A stretch of 64,000 nucleotides of DNA from an uncultured Actinomycetes bacterium (GTDB lineage Bacteria; Actinomycetota; Acidimicrobiia; IMCC26256; PALSA-610): assembly GCA_963701825.1 (NCBI GenBank), contig CAVPBG010000003.1, forward strand, positions 451,762 through 515,761, given 5' to 3'. The notes beneath the pieces were generated by a model. That model saw only the letters and a list, made by a program, of their open reading frames with translations. It was not told the origin of the DNA and did not search any database. Numbering within the stretch: the stretch's first letter is position 1; the number at the start of each line of letters is the position of its first letter. Shown here piece by piece: positions 1-11,025 of this stretch. The translations under genes were made by a program, and so were the position numbers.

Positions 1-252
1 GAAGCGCGTCGGGAGCTTCGAGCTCTCCGCGGGCCAGCTCGTCGAAGACGTGCGCATCGGAGTCGCCGGCCGCGCGCCGGTCACGTTCATCGGCGGCGTG
101 TCGACCGACCACTCCGGCTTCGGCGTCGGGCCGCATCCTCGACGTCGAAGCTCATCGCCGAGCGCATCCTCGCGTTGCACGAAGACCGAGAACTCCCGAT
201 CATCCCCGGCTACGAGCAGCACTCGTACCAGATTCAGGAGCACCAGAAATGA
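1..252 (+). pseudogene. 2-oxoacid:ferredoxin oxidoreductase alpha-subunit C-terminus (partial, runs off the window start; two frame changes near 130-160 as sequenced)
   Basis: One frame reads SAGQLVEDVRIGVAGRAPVTFIGGVSTDHSGFGVG. It then slips through GRILDV to KLIAERILALHEDRELPIIPGYEQHSYQIQEHQK-stop. The TGA at 250-252 overlaps the ATG of the beta-subunit gene (ATGA). Confidence 0.45.
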
Positions 253-1119
253 CGATCATCGACACCTCGTCCGCTCCCACCGTTCCCGCCCGCAAGGTCG
301 AGGCGTTGAAGCCCGACCTCCTGCTGACCCAGGAACACCACATGTGTCCCGGTTGCGGCGAGCCGCTCGCGGTGCGCCAGTTCCTCGAGATGCATCGAGG
401 AGCTCGACGTCGCCACCCGCTCGATCGCGGTCGCCGGCATCGGCTGCTACACGTCGTTCGCGGGGACCATGGACGTCGATCTCGTGCAGGCGTTGCACGG
501 CCGCGCGCCCTCGGTGGCCACGGGCGTGAAGCGCATGCTCCCCGACTCGCTCGTGTTCACGCTGCAGGGCGACGGCGACATGGTCAACGAAGGCCTGCAG
601 GAAGTGCTGCACACGGCAGCCCGGGGCGAGAAGGTCACGTGCATCCTCTTGAACAACGGGGTGTTCGGCGAGACCGGCGGCCACATGACGGCCACGAGCG
701 TCATCGGCCAGCGCACCAAGAACTCGCTCGACGGGCGCGACGCCGAGTACCACGGCTACCCGATCCTCATCGGCGACCTCGTCGCGCAGCTGCAGGGCGC
801 GTCGTACGTGGCCCGCGGTTCGGTGCACAACGCCGGTTCCGTCGCCCGCACCCGCAAGATGTTCAAGCGCGCGTTCGAGTCGCAGCTCCGCGGCGACGGC
901 TTCACGTTCGTCGAGGTGCTGACGATGTGCCCGACCGGTTGGTTCATCCCGACCGCCGACGGCCCCGACTACATGCAGGAGACGCTCGGCGAGGTGCACA
1001 TCATGGGCGAGCTCAAGGTCGACGGCCGCGTCCGCACGACCGAAGAGCTGCACGCGGAGAACGTTGCGAAGCAGCGCGAGCTCGACGAACAGCTCGCCCG
1101 CGGCGGAATCGAGAAATAA
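249..1119 (+). pseudogene. 2-oxoacid:ferredoxin oxidoreductase beta subunit (TPP-binding); one +1 frame change near 392
   Basis: N-terminus MCPGCGEPLAVRQFLEM (ORF 249) continues in ORF 469 as IEELDVATRSIAVAGIGCYTSF...TLQGDGDMVNEGLQE...ILLNNGVFGETGGH (TPP GDG-X-NN motif). An extra base lies at about 391-394 (gag atg c atc gag). Confidence 0.8.
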
Positions 1120-1122
1120 CCG

Positions 1123-1175
1123 CTCGAACGTCGTGACTGAGGCCCGAATAGCGGGCCCAACTCACGACAGTTCGG
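1123..1175. repeat. Palindromic REP-like element, copy 1 (imperfect), 4 nt after the oxidoreductase stop codon; probable terminator hairpin
   Basis: ctcgaacgtcgtgactgaggcccg-aata-gcgggcccaactcacgacagttcgg. The right arm AACTCACGACAGTTCG is identical to copies at 50334-50349 and 62390-62405. Confidence 0.6.
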
Positions 1176-1199
1176 AATCAGGGAACGGATAACTCACCC

Positions 1200-2371
1200 A
1201 TGGACTTTCGTTACCCGGCCGAAGCCGAGGCGTTCCGCAAGGAGTTCCGGGCCTGGCTCGACGCGAACCTCCCGCCCGAGCTCGCCGGCGACGGTCTCGG
1301 CGGCGGCTCGATGGAGCTCTCCGGCGAACGGCTCGAACGGCTGCGCGGCTGGAACCGCACGATGGCCGACGCGCGCTTCGCCGCCATCGCCTGGCCCGAC
1401 GAGTGGGGCGGCCGCGGCGCGGGAGTGATGGAACAGGTCGTGTACGCCGAAGAGATGCACCGCGCCCACGCGCCGGGAACGCTCAACCCGCTCGGGCTCT
1501 CGAACATCGCGCCCGCGATCATCGAGCACGGAACCGAGGAGCAGAAGACCACGCTGCTCCCCCGAATGCTCCGGGGCGACGACATCTGGTGTCAGGGATT
1601 CTCCGAGCCGAACGCGGGCTCTGACCTCGCGTCGTTGCGCATGCTCCGCGGTGCTCGACGGCGACTCCTGGATCGTGAACGGCCAGAAGACCTGGAACAC
1701 GCTCGGCAACATCGCGAACTGGTGCGAGCTCCTCGTGCGCACCGACCCGAGCGTCGCCAAGCACAAGGGCATCACGTGCCTGCTCGTCGACATGACGCTT
1801 GCCCGGCGTCGAGGTGCGGCCGCTCGAGACGATCACCGGCGAGAAGGAGTTCAACGAGATCTTCTTCACCGACGTGCGCGTCCCCGTCGACTTCACGCTC
1901 GGGCCGGTCAACGAGGGTTGGCGCGTGGCGATGACCACGCTCGCCTACGAACGCGGCACCGTCGCCAAGTTGCACCTCGGCACGCGCAGCAAGATCCGCC
2001 GCCTCATCGAAGAGGCCAAGCGCACCCCGATGGGCGACGGCCGCCGCGCGGCCGACGATCCGGTCATCCGCCAACACGTTGCCCGCGTCTACATGGAGGG
2101 CGAGCTGCTGAAGCTCATCTCCGAGCGCGCGCTGTCGGGCGAGCTGCACGGCCGCGCCATGGGTCCCGAAGGCAGCATCGCCAAGCTGTTGTGGAGCGAG
2201 GCCGAACAGCACATCACCGAAGTCGCGTCGGAGGTGCTCGGCCCCGACGGGCTCGAGGGTTCGTGGGCCCGCGACCGCGTCTACAGCCGGGCGCTCACGA
2301 TCGCGGGCGGCACCACCCAGGTGAACAAGAACATCGTCGCCCAGCGCATCCTCGGCCTTCCCCGGAGCTAA
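1200..2371 (+). pseudogene. Acyl-CoA dehydrogenase; two +1 frame changes (about 1648 and about 1800)
   Basis: Three consecutive ORFs (1200, 1651, 1799) tile one ACAD: ...[17 protein letters not shown] / [17 protein letters not shown]...GITCLLVDM / [28 protein letters not shown]...[24 protein letters not shown]. Confidence 0.85.
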
Positions 2372-2374
2372 GAG

Positions 2375-3425
2375 TCAGCCGGTGGCGAGGGAGGCGGAGC
2401 CGTTGCTCGTCGGGAGGGTTTCGCCCGGGGCCAACGGGAAGTGGCAGGCCACGAACTGACCGGGCGAGTACTCGTGCACCTGGGGCTCTTCGTCGGCGCA
2501 CTTGGCCTGCGCCTTCGGGCAACGGGTGCGGAACCGACAACCCGACGGCGGCGCGACCGGCGACGGGATCTCCCCGATCACCTTGGCGCGCGCTTCGGGG
2601 CGGATGCTCGGATCGGGCACCGGGATCGCGTCGAGCAGCACGCGCGTATACGGGTGCGCGGGCTGTTGGTAGATGGCGTCGGGTGAGCCGACCTCGCAGA
2701 TCTTGCCGAGGTACATCACCACGACCCGGTCGCTGACGTTCTTCACGACCGCGAGGTCGTGGGCGATGAAGATCAGCGTGAGGCCGTAGCGCTGCTTCAT
2801 CTCCTCGAGCAGGTTCAGGATCTGGGCCTGCACGGAAACGTCGAGCGCGGAGACGGGCTCGTCGCAGATGATCAGCTTCGGGATCGGTGATGACCGCCCG
2901 CGCGATCGAGATGCGCTGACACTGCCCGCCGGAGAACTGAAAGGGCCGCCGCCCCCGCTGCAGCACGGGATCGAGACCGACGGCGAGCATCATCTCGTCG
3001 ACCTTCTTCTGCTGCTCTTCTTCGATACCGGTCTTCCAGATGCGCAGGCCCTCGGAGATGATGTCCTCGATCTTGCGCCGCGGATTCAGCGACGAGATCG
3101 GGTCCTGGAAGATCATCTTCATCGACGGTGCGTGTGCGGCGGAGCTCGTCGCCCTTCAGCTGGGTCATGTCGCGACCCTCGAACTGCACGCTGCCCCGAG
3201 GTGGGCCGGCGGCAGCTGCATGATCGCCTTGCCGGTCGTCGACTTCCCGCAACCGGATTCGCCGACCAGGCCGAGGGTCTCGCCCTCTTTCACGTCGAGG
3301 CTGATGTTCGAAACCGCGTGCACCTTGAGTCCGCTGCGGCCGACCGGGAACTCGACGACGAGATCCTCGACCCGCAACAACGTTTCGTCCGCGGGCCGCA
3401 GGTGCGCGGTGCCGGTTCCGGCCAT
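2375..3425 (-). pseudogene. Oligopeptide/dipeptide ABC transporter ATP-binding protein (OppF/DppF-like); three frame changes
   Basis: Fragments in order: MAGTGT...[21 protein letters not shown] (Walker A), [36 protein letters not shown]...FSGGQCQRISIARA (signature), LNLLEEMKQRYGLTLIFIAHDLAVV...[13 protein letters not shown]...CRFRTRCP. The start ATG at 3425 overlaps the oppD-like stop. Confidence 0.85.
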
Positions 3426-4561
3426 CAGGCGGTCACTCCGGTGAGGACGGCCTCGCCCTCCTTGCGCACGGGCAGCCCCGTAGCGGTCTCGCCGGCCGCG
3501 AGGTTGCGGACGAGCGCGTCGCGGCCCGCGTCGCTGCCGACCGGGAAGAAGCACCGGTACGCGTGACCGGGGATGTCGGGGTCGACGAGCGGCGGCTCGT
3601 CGGTGAGGCACTTCGGCTGCGCGTACGGGCAGCGCGCCGCGAACTTGCAGCCCCGCGGCGGCTTCACGAGGTCGGGCGGACGGCCCGCGATCGCGTCGAG
3701 CTTGGAATGGCTCGGCATGCTCAGCTTCGGGATCGACTTGAGCAGCGCCTCCGTGTACGGGTGGCGGGTGTGCTCGAACAGCGAACGGGTCGGCGCGCGC
3801 TCGACGATGCGGCCCGCGTACATCACCGCGATGTCGTCGGTGCGGCCGGCCACGACGCCGAGGTCGTGGGTGACCAGCACCATCGCCATGAAGCGCTCGC
3901 GCTGTTGCTGTTGCAACAGGTCGAGGATCTGCGCCTGCACCGTGACGTCGAGCGCGGTGGTGGGTTCGTCGGCGAAGAGCAGCTTGGGGCCACACGCGAG
4001 CGCGATCGCGATCATCACGCGTTGGCGCATGCCGCCCGACAACTGGTGCGGGTACTCCCGCAGCCGCCGCTCGGCCTCGGGGATGCCCACCGACGTCAGC
4101 AACGCGAGCGCCGTCTCCTCTGCGTACTCCTTGGTGACGTCGAAGTGGAACCGCAGCGACTCCATGATCTGGTTGCCGATGCGCATCACGGGATTCAGCG
4201 ATGTCATCGGGTCCTGGAAGACCATCGCCATCTGGGTGCCCCAGTACTGGCGCATGTCGTTGCCCGTGGCGTGGCCGATCTCGTGGCCCTCGAAGTGGAT
4301 GCTGCCGTGCCGGACGACGTTGCTCGGCAACAGACCCATGATCGAACGCGACAGCACCGACTTGCCGCAGCCCGACTCGCCCACGATCCCGATCGTCTTG
4401 CCCCGTTCGAGCGTGAAGGAGACTCCGTCGACCGCATGCACGAGGCCGCGATCGGTCTTGAACTGCGTCTTGACCTCCTCGACCTCGAGCAGCGAACCGT
4501 CGAGCGGCGCGTCGGCGAAGCGCTCCGCGCCCGGCGCGGCAGCCCGCTTGCGGCGACTCAC
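3425..4561 (-). CDS. Oligopeptide/dipeptide ABC transporter ATP-binding protein (OppD/DppD-like), intact
   Basis: 378-aa ORF with [11 protein letters not shown] (Walker A), [15 protein letters not shown] (signature), [12 protein letters not shown] (Walker B), and the C-terminal oligopeptide-ABC motif HPYTEALL...CKFAARCP. Confidence 0.9.
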   Translation of the reverse strand: MSRRKRAAAPGAERFADAPLDGSLLEVEEVKTQFKTDRGLVHAVDGVSFTLERGKTIGIVGESGCGKSVLSRSIMGLLPSNVVRHGSIHFEGHEIGHATGNDMRQYWGTQMAMVFQDPMTSLNPVMRIGNQIMESLRFHFDVTKEYAEETALALLTSVGIPEAERRLREYPHQLSGGMRQRVMIAIALACGPKLLFADEPTTALDVTVQAQILDLLQQQQRERFMAMVLVTHDLGVVAGRTDDIAVMYAGRIVERAPTRSLFEHTRHPYTEALLKSIPKLSMPSHSKLDAIAGRPPDLVKPPRGCKFAARCPYAQPKCLTDEPPLVDPDIPGHAYRCFFPVGSDAGRDALVRNLAAGETATGLPVRKEGEAVLTGVTA

Positions 4562-5496
4562 AGTGCGCTCTCCCGCACGTCGAACTTCTTACGGACCACG
4601 TCGCCGAGATAGTTCAGCGCCAGAACCGTCGTGAGAATGAGGAACGACGGCACCATCCACACCGTCGGCGCGGCGTTCGGATTGCTGATCTGCGACTCGA
4701 TCATGTTCCCCCACGACGGGCTCGGCGCGGGGATGCTCAACCCGAAGATCGCCGAGCGCGCCCTCCAAGACGATGACCACGGCCACGCTCAACAGCGCGA
4801 TCGAGAGCATCGAGGGGACGACGTTGGGCAGCACCTCCCGGAACATGACGCGCGATGTCGGAGGCGCCTTGGGACCGCGCGGCCATGACGAACTCGCGCT
4901 GCGACCACGCGAGCGTGTTCGCGCGCGTGATTCGCCCGAGAATTGGGATGGACACGATTCCGACCGCGAGGATCACGACGACGACGCGGTGCGACCAACC
5001 GGCACTGCTCGTCCCGCCGGGCGACAAGCACCGACACGAGCGTGAGCGCCAGGACCAACTGCGGGAACGCCAAGAAGATGTTGAAGAAGGCGCTGGTGAC
5101 CGTGTCGGTCGGGCCGCCCTTGAAGCCGGCGAGCAATCCGAAGAACCCGCCGATGAGCGTGCCGAACAGCACCGAGCCGATACCGATCAGCAACGATGCC
5201 TGCGCACCCCAGATCGCCCGGCTGAGCACGTCGTTGCCGGAGTCGTCGGTACCGAGGATGTGTCCGGGCGTGAACAGCCCGGACTTGATGTGAAAGTAGT
5301 CGTACCCGTTGATCGGGTCCTTGATCGGAAGTATCGGCGCGAGTACGGCGAGGGCGACCAGTAACCCGAGCCAGCCGATCGCGATCCAGGCGATCACGCC
5401 GATGCCCTTGTGGTACGTGACCAGGGGCTCTTCGTCGTCGCCGATCGCGGCGAGCTCGTCGATCCCGGCGACCTTCGACTCAGCCGATTCGAGCAC
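4558..5496 (-). pseudogene. Peptide ABC transporter permease (OppC/DppC-like); at least three frame changes
   Basis: Fragments 4789..5496 (HILGTDDSGNDVLSRAIWGAQASLLIG), 4737..5027 (REFVMAARSQGAS, EAA-loop region), 4589..4846 and 4558..4740 (PSWGNMI...[17 protein letters not shown]) tile one permease. Confidence 0.8.
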
Positions 5497-6441
5497 CGCG
5501 GATCCTCGGGTCGAGTACGCGATAGAGCCCGTCCACCGCGAAGTTTATGAGTACGTAGACGATCGCGATGACCGCTACGAAGTCCTGGAGGGCGATGTAT
5601 TGCCGGGTCGAGATCGCCTGCTGCAACTGATAGCCGATGCCGTTCAGGTGGAAGATCACCTCGATGATCAGTGCGCCGCTGATCAGGCTGCCGACGTTGA
5701 GGCCGGCCACGGTCAACAGCGTGAGGCTCGAGGGCCGCAACGCGTGCCGCCACAGGATTCGCCGGTCACTGATGCCCTTGCTCTTGGCCATCAGGATGAA
5801 GTCTTCCTGCAGCGTGGCCACCATGTCGGTGCGTAACAGCCGGGCGTAGATCGCGAACTGTCCGATCGTGATCGCGATGACGGGCATCGCGAGATGCTTG
5901 AAGTGCTCGACCGGGCTCGTCGAGAACGCCACCCAGCCTTCGGACGGTAAGAAATGATGTTGCACGGAGAGGAACAGGATCAACAACGTCGCGGCCACGT
6001 ACGCCGGGATCGCGAACAGTCCGAACGCGATGCCGTTCGCGACTCCGTCGAAGGTCGTTCCGGCGCGATACGCGCGTATAGACCCCGAGTGGTATCGCGA
6101 TCACGAGCGTCAGGATCTGCACGTACAGCATCAGGAGCAGTGAGCGCGGCAGCGAGGTCTTGACGATGCCGTACACCGACGGGCCCTGCACGCCGGCACC
6201 CGCGTACTCGCGGCCCATGTTGCCGGTCGCGAAGTGGCCGAGCCACACGCCGTACCGCTCGAGCGAGGTTCTGGTCGAGGCCGAGCGAATCGCGGATCTC
6301 GGTGCGCTGCTGCGCGGTCGCGAACGGGGCGATCGTCTCGACCGGGTCACCCGGAAGGAGAGCGGAGAGGATGGCCGCGAAGAACGTGACGAGAACGAGC
6401 ACGACGACCAGTTGAATCAGCCGCCGAACGATCGCTGCCAC
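5480..6441 (-). pseudogene. Peptide ABC transporter permease (OppB/DppB-like); two frame changes
   Basis: N-terminus MAAIVRRLIQLVVVLVLVTFFAAILSALLPGDPVE (5980..6441), a middle part in 5766..6350, and C-terminus ...QEDFILMAKSKGISDRRILWRHALRPS...DPRIR (5480..5998). Strong purine-rich RBS (GGAGAGGGGAGAGG on the minus strand) upstream of the GTG at 6441. Confidence 0.8.
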
Positions 6442-6503
6442 GCGGGCCTCTCCCCTCTCCTTCGGGTTCGGATTACGTCGTTGGAAACTCTGTCGTCAGA
6501 TCG

Positions 6504-8257
6504 TCAGCACTTGCCGCCGTCGCACCACAGGCCGAGCACGGGGTGCCCGGTCGGGAGCCCGGTGAACGGGGCGGTGCCGTCGGGCAGGTTCGGCCCGAGG
6601 ATGCCGTGGACGTCCGGCTTGTAGGAGATCGTCCAGAGCACGTACTGGCCCCAGAGATTCCAGAGCTCCTTGGCGAATTCCTTGTTGATCGCCTCGTAGA
6701 GCGACGTGCGCGTGGCGGGGTCGGCGGTGACCCGGGCGTCGTCGAGGTCCTTGTTGATGATCGGGTCGTTGAACCCGCCGAAGTTGACCGGGTTGTCGCA
6801 GGCGGCGGCGCCGTTGGGGTCGGTGCCGACCGCGGGCGAGTTGTCGCAGTGCCACCACACGTACTGCAGGTCGCTGTCGGAGCCGGGGTGGTTGCGCCAT
6901 AGCACCGCATCGAACTTACGGCCGATGGCGAGGTTGATCAACGTGCTCTGGTCGGGCACCGCGTTCAACGTGACGTCGATCCCGGCCGACCGCTGGAGCA
7001 TCTGCTTGATCAGGACCGCGTCCTGGGTGGTCGACGGGTCCGAGGTGTACGACAAGCGCGAAGGTCAGCTTCTTGCCCGTCTCCTGCTTGATACTGCGCG
7101 GCCGCCGCCTTCGCCTTGGCCGGGTCGTAGTTCGGCAGACCGGAGTCGGCGAGGTTGCCCTGCACGCCGATCGCGAACGGACCGGTCGCGTTGGTGAGAA
7201 TGCCGTCGTTGCGGATTCGGTTGTACGTGTCGCGGTCGACGCCGTACGCCACCGCCTGGCGAGCCGCCAGATTGTTGAACGGCGCGGCCGTGGCGTTGAC
7301 CATCGTGTAGCTGACTTCGGTGAACTTGTCGGACTCGGTCGTCTTCAGGCGACCGGCTGCGACTTCCTTGCGGATCGCCACGATCTGCAACGGATCGTCG
7401 TTCTCGATGATGTTGAAGTCGCCGGCTTCGAGCGCCGACACGCGCTTGGCGCTGTCTTCTTGCGGTACGAACGTGATGCCGTCGAGGTACGGCAGCTGCA
7501 CGCCCTTGGAGTCCTTCTGCCAGTAGTTCGGGTTGCGAGTGGCGACGAACTTCTCGCCCTCGACCCACGACACCTCCTTGAACGGGCCGGTGCCGATGAG
7601 ATCGGTGTTGCAGTTCTTCGGGCTCTTGACCTGCGCCTCGCCCATGATGCCGAGGCGACCGCTCGACCAGAGGAACCACGGGAAGGCCTGCCACGGCCGC
7701 TTGGTCGTGACCGAAACCGTGAGCGGGTTCACGACCGTTACCGCGCTGATGTCGCTGAACACGAACGAGAACAGCAGCGGATTGCGGATGGGCTTGAGCG
7801 CACCGCGGTACGCGTCGAGGTTGTCCTTGACGACCTGGGCGGTGAGTGCCGAGCCGTCGCTGAAGGTGATCCCGGAACGGAGCTTGATCGTCCAGACCGT
7901 CGCCGACGCGTTGCCGGTGACCGACTGCGCGAGGTACGGGTGGATCTTGCCGTCGGCGCCGGGCGCGGTCAGCGTGTCGTAGATCGCACGCGCGACCTGG
8001 ATGCCGCCGATCGCGAGTTGCGCCTCGGCCAGGCACCAGCCACCGCTGGTGTCGGCCTCGATGCCGTAGGTCAGGGTGCCACCGCGGACGCCGGGGCCGT
8101 TGTCGCCCGCCCCCGTGATGCCGACCGTGGTCGTCGGACCGTTGTTGGTCCCACCGGAGCCCTTACTGCTGCTGCTCCCACATCCGGACGCGATCACCGC
8201 AAGTGCTGCGACGAGCGCGAGCGCCGTCGTAGCACGCGACCTGCGACTCCGTACCAC
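6504..8257 (-). pseudogene. Family-5 peptide ABC substrate-binding lipoprotein (OppA/DppA-like); one frame change near 7040
   Basis: Signal peptide plus lipobox MVRSRRSRATTALALVAALAVIASGC. A long SBP_bac_5-like body spans ORF 7010..8257 and continues in ORF 6504..7055. Confidence 0.8.
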
Positions 8258-8372
8258 GGTTCCCCCCGATTCCAGCCGAGACCCGGGCCCCGACCAATCA
8301 GACCGATATTGCAGAGGTGATGAAATTTGTGAAATTAGCCAACGCGACCCACGCCATCTAGCCGACGTGGCC

Positions 8373-8411
8373 CACTTCCGTAACTGTGACCCAGGTCACA
8401 CACGGGAAGTG
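8373..8411. promoter_or_regulatory. Nested inverted repeat (candidate operator) in the comparatively AT-rich region upstream of the opp-like operon
   Basis: CACTTCCGtaacTGTGACCcaGGTCACAcacGGGAAGTG: inner 7-bp arms are perfect, outer arms are imperfect. It lies 116-154 nt upstream of the SBP start at 8257. Confidence 0.35.
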
Positions 8412-8516
8412 TAACGGTGGAAACTAGGGATGGCTTCGCGCCTTGTCAATCATGCCCACCGTTGTGCACCTGCCTCCCGGCTGGGGAACAGGCGCCCCCC
8501 GGCGGGGTCGACCTGG

Positions 8517-10020
8517 TCAGATCGCGGCCCGGTTGACCGCGCCGTCGGCCGTGAGGCGCACCTGCGCGCCGACGAATTCGTACTGCTCGGTAGCAAGACA
8601 GGCCTCGGGGTCGGTCAGCACCGCATAGGTACGTGTACCGGCCGGTAGGTCGCAGACCAGGACGCCCCGAGTCGGCGCTCCGTCGCGACCGTGCACGATC
8701 GAATACGCCGCGACCTCGCGCGGCGCCGGAGTGGCTCGCCACGACGGGAACCTCCGCCGGGAGGGCTGCGGTCGTCGGCGCCGTGGTCGCGGGTACGGCG
8801 GCGACCGGGCCGGGGTCGGTCGAGTAGACGCCGAAGACGTGCTTGGTCATGTGCATCCCCACACCGCTGACCAACCCGAGCGCGCCGGGGTCGTTCGCGG
8901 AGGCGTTCGGTCATCGCCGCGATCGAGTGGGTCAGGTAACCGCTCCCCGGACCACCGTGATAGGCGAGCCCGCCGGTGACGGTCAGGCCGCGCGCATCCG
9001 TCGGGTCGATGCCGAGCGCGTCGACCGCGAAGTGCAACGAGCTCGGGAAGCACGAGTAGAGGTCGAAGTGCGCGATGTCGTCGACACCCGCGCCGCGCCG
9101 GCCAGCGCCTGTGCACTCGCGACCCGCATCGCGGGCGAGGACGTGAGGTCGGGATGCGCGGCCACCGCAACGGGATCGTTCGCGCCACCCCAACCGCGGA
9201 GGTACACGCGCCGATCGGCGGGAACGCCGAGCGCGTCGGCGCGCTCGTGGGTCGCCACGACGAGCGCGGCCGCCATGTCGACATCCATGACCGCGACCAT
9301 GTACTTCGTGTACGGGTAGCCGACCATCCGATTGTCGGCGCGCACCGCGACGATCTCGGCCGCGGTGCGCGGCGTCGGGAACCAGGCGTGCGGATTGGCC
9401 GCCGCGACCGCGTTCATCGGCGCGAGCATGCGGCCCATGCCATCCCGGTATTCGTCGAGCGCTACGCCGAGGCGCGCCCGGCGGGCGTTGTCGAAGATCG
9501 CGAACGTGAGCCAGGCTTCGAACACCTCGTGCGCGACTTCCACGGGATCGGGCCGCGCCTCCCACGGAAACGGGCGCTTCTCGGCCGGCTGGAACGAATA
9601 CGGATACCGCTCGCCCCGCTTGCGGAACACGCGCTGGGTCGCCAACGCCTCCGCACTCGTGATCAACGCGAGGTCGAGCTCGCCGTCGAGCATGCGCTCG
9701 GCGGTCGAGGCGACGAGCTGTTGGGTCGTGGTGCCGCCGATGCCGGAGTAGTGGCGGTGGCGGGGTTCGGCGCCGAGCCGCGCCGCGAGGCGGGCGACCG
9801 CGTCGTCGTACTGCCAGGTCTGGCAGTAGACGATCTGCAGGCTGTCGAGCTGCTCGAGCAGGCCGGGCCGCGTCGCGTCGGCGGCCGCGGCTCGCGCGAC
9901 CTCTTCCCACATCTCGAGCGGTTCGGGCGCGCCGGCATCGCCGACGTCGGCGGGATGCCACGTGCGCGCCGCGACGCCGATGATGCACGGCGACCGCGGA
10001 TCGGTCGCCGGGTCGATCAC
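8517..10020 (-). pseudogene. Thiolase-like / SCP-x-type acetyl-CoA acyltransferase-like protein with an OB-fold-like C-terminus; about three frame changes
   Basis: A GTG at 10020 overlaps the hydratase TGA (GTGA). Body in ORF 8983..10317 (...NRMVGYPYTKYMVAVMDVDMAAALVVATHERADALG...), then DLYSCFPSSLHFAVDALG...GGLAYHGGPGSGY, then MHMTKHVFGVYST, and a tail ...EVAAYSIVHGRDG...QVRLTADGAVNRAAI-stop at 8517. Confidence 0.65.
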
Positions 10021-10939
10021 CGGCCCTGCCAGACCGGCGGACGCTTCTCCGCGAACGCGCTGCGGGCCTTCCTTGGCGTCGTCGGTGCGGAAGATCGCAC
10101 CCGACAGCTTCGACTCCTTCTCGAACGGCGACCGCAGCTCGCGGCCGAGTGTCTCGAGAATGGCCGCCACCGCGGCCGGGTCGGCGCCGTCGGCCGCGGC
10201 CTGGCGCAGCTCGCGGACCGCGGCGCGCAACTGCTTCGTGAGGTCCTCGTCGAAGTACAGGCCTTGCAACGCGCTCTGCTTCGTCGCCTGCACAGCCAAC
10301 GGCGCGTTCACGACCATGCGCTGCGCGTACCGCGCGCGCCGCGTCCATCAGCTCGGCGCGGGGAACGATGGCATTCAACAAACCCATCTCGTGCGCGCGC
10401 TCGGCCGGAACGAGGTCGGCGCACAGGAGGAATTCCATCGCCTGCGCCCACGGGATCTGGCGCGGCAGGCGCACGGTCGTTCCGCCGCCCGCGAACAACC
10501 CGCGCTTGGGTTCCATGACGGCGAACTTCGCTTCCGGGCACGCAACGCGGATGTCGCAGCCCCCGAGCATCTCCATGCCGCCTGCGGTGCAGAACCCGTT
10601 GACGGCCGCGACGACCGGCTTGTAGAGCGGCCAGTTGCGCAGCACGGCGCGGGTGCCGTCGTCGAGGCGGTACCCGTTGACCTCGGTGATGCCCTTCTCC
10701 GCGATCTCGGCCTGGAACTTGGTGATCTCGGGCACGTACTTCTTCAGGTCGGCGCCCGAGAAGAATGCTTCGCCGACACCGGTGACGATCGCGACCCACG
10801 CCTGGTCGTCGGCCGCGAAGCGTTCCCATGCTTCGCGGAGCAACTTGAAGTGCTCCATGTCGCACGCGTTGCGCGTCTCGGGCCGATCGATCGTGATGAC
10901 CACGACGTGCTCACTGTCGGTGTCGTAGTGGATCGGCAT
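10017..10939 (-). pseudogene. Enoyl-CoA hydratase/isomerase (crotonase) family; two frame changes (about 10325, about 10062)
   Basis: MPIHYDTDSEHVVVITIDRPETRNA...VTGVGEAFFSGADLK...AAVNGFCTAGGMEMLGGCDIRVA...KRGLFAGGGTTVRLPR. The expected C-terminus KEGP-AFAEKRPPVWQGR-stop is restored by removing one base near 10062. Confidence 0.8.
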
Positions 10940-11025
10940 GCTCGTCTCCCCCGGCGCGCGCCCGGTGTGGCACGGGCGCGGGCCACGTTAGCGAGGCCCG
11001 GAATCGCCTATAGGCTTGATCTCTC

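Noticed and set aside
3573-4634. 353-aa and 349-aa plus-strand ORFs antisense to the oppD-like gene
   Set aside because: The minus-strand ORF has complete Walker A, signature and Walker B motifs. The plus-strand frames have no motifs and a biased Arg/Ser composition.
8430-8648. Small plus-strand ORFs (72 aa and 61 aa) in and next to the opp-upstream spacer
   Set aside because: They have no RBS, Arg/Pro-rich composition, and overlap the 3' end of the thiolase-like gene on the other strand. They are more likely chance open frames.
8615-10939. 774-aa ORF that looks like a fused enoyl-CoA hydratase-thiolase
   Set aside because: Only its N-terminal 200 aa or so and a short C-terminal stretch are in a real protein frame; the middle is Arg-rich nonsense. 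Removing one base near 10062 restores the canonical crotonase end (..AFAEKRPPVWQGR-stop) overlapping a GTG start (GTGA). These are therefore two genes joined by indels.
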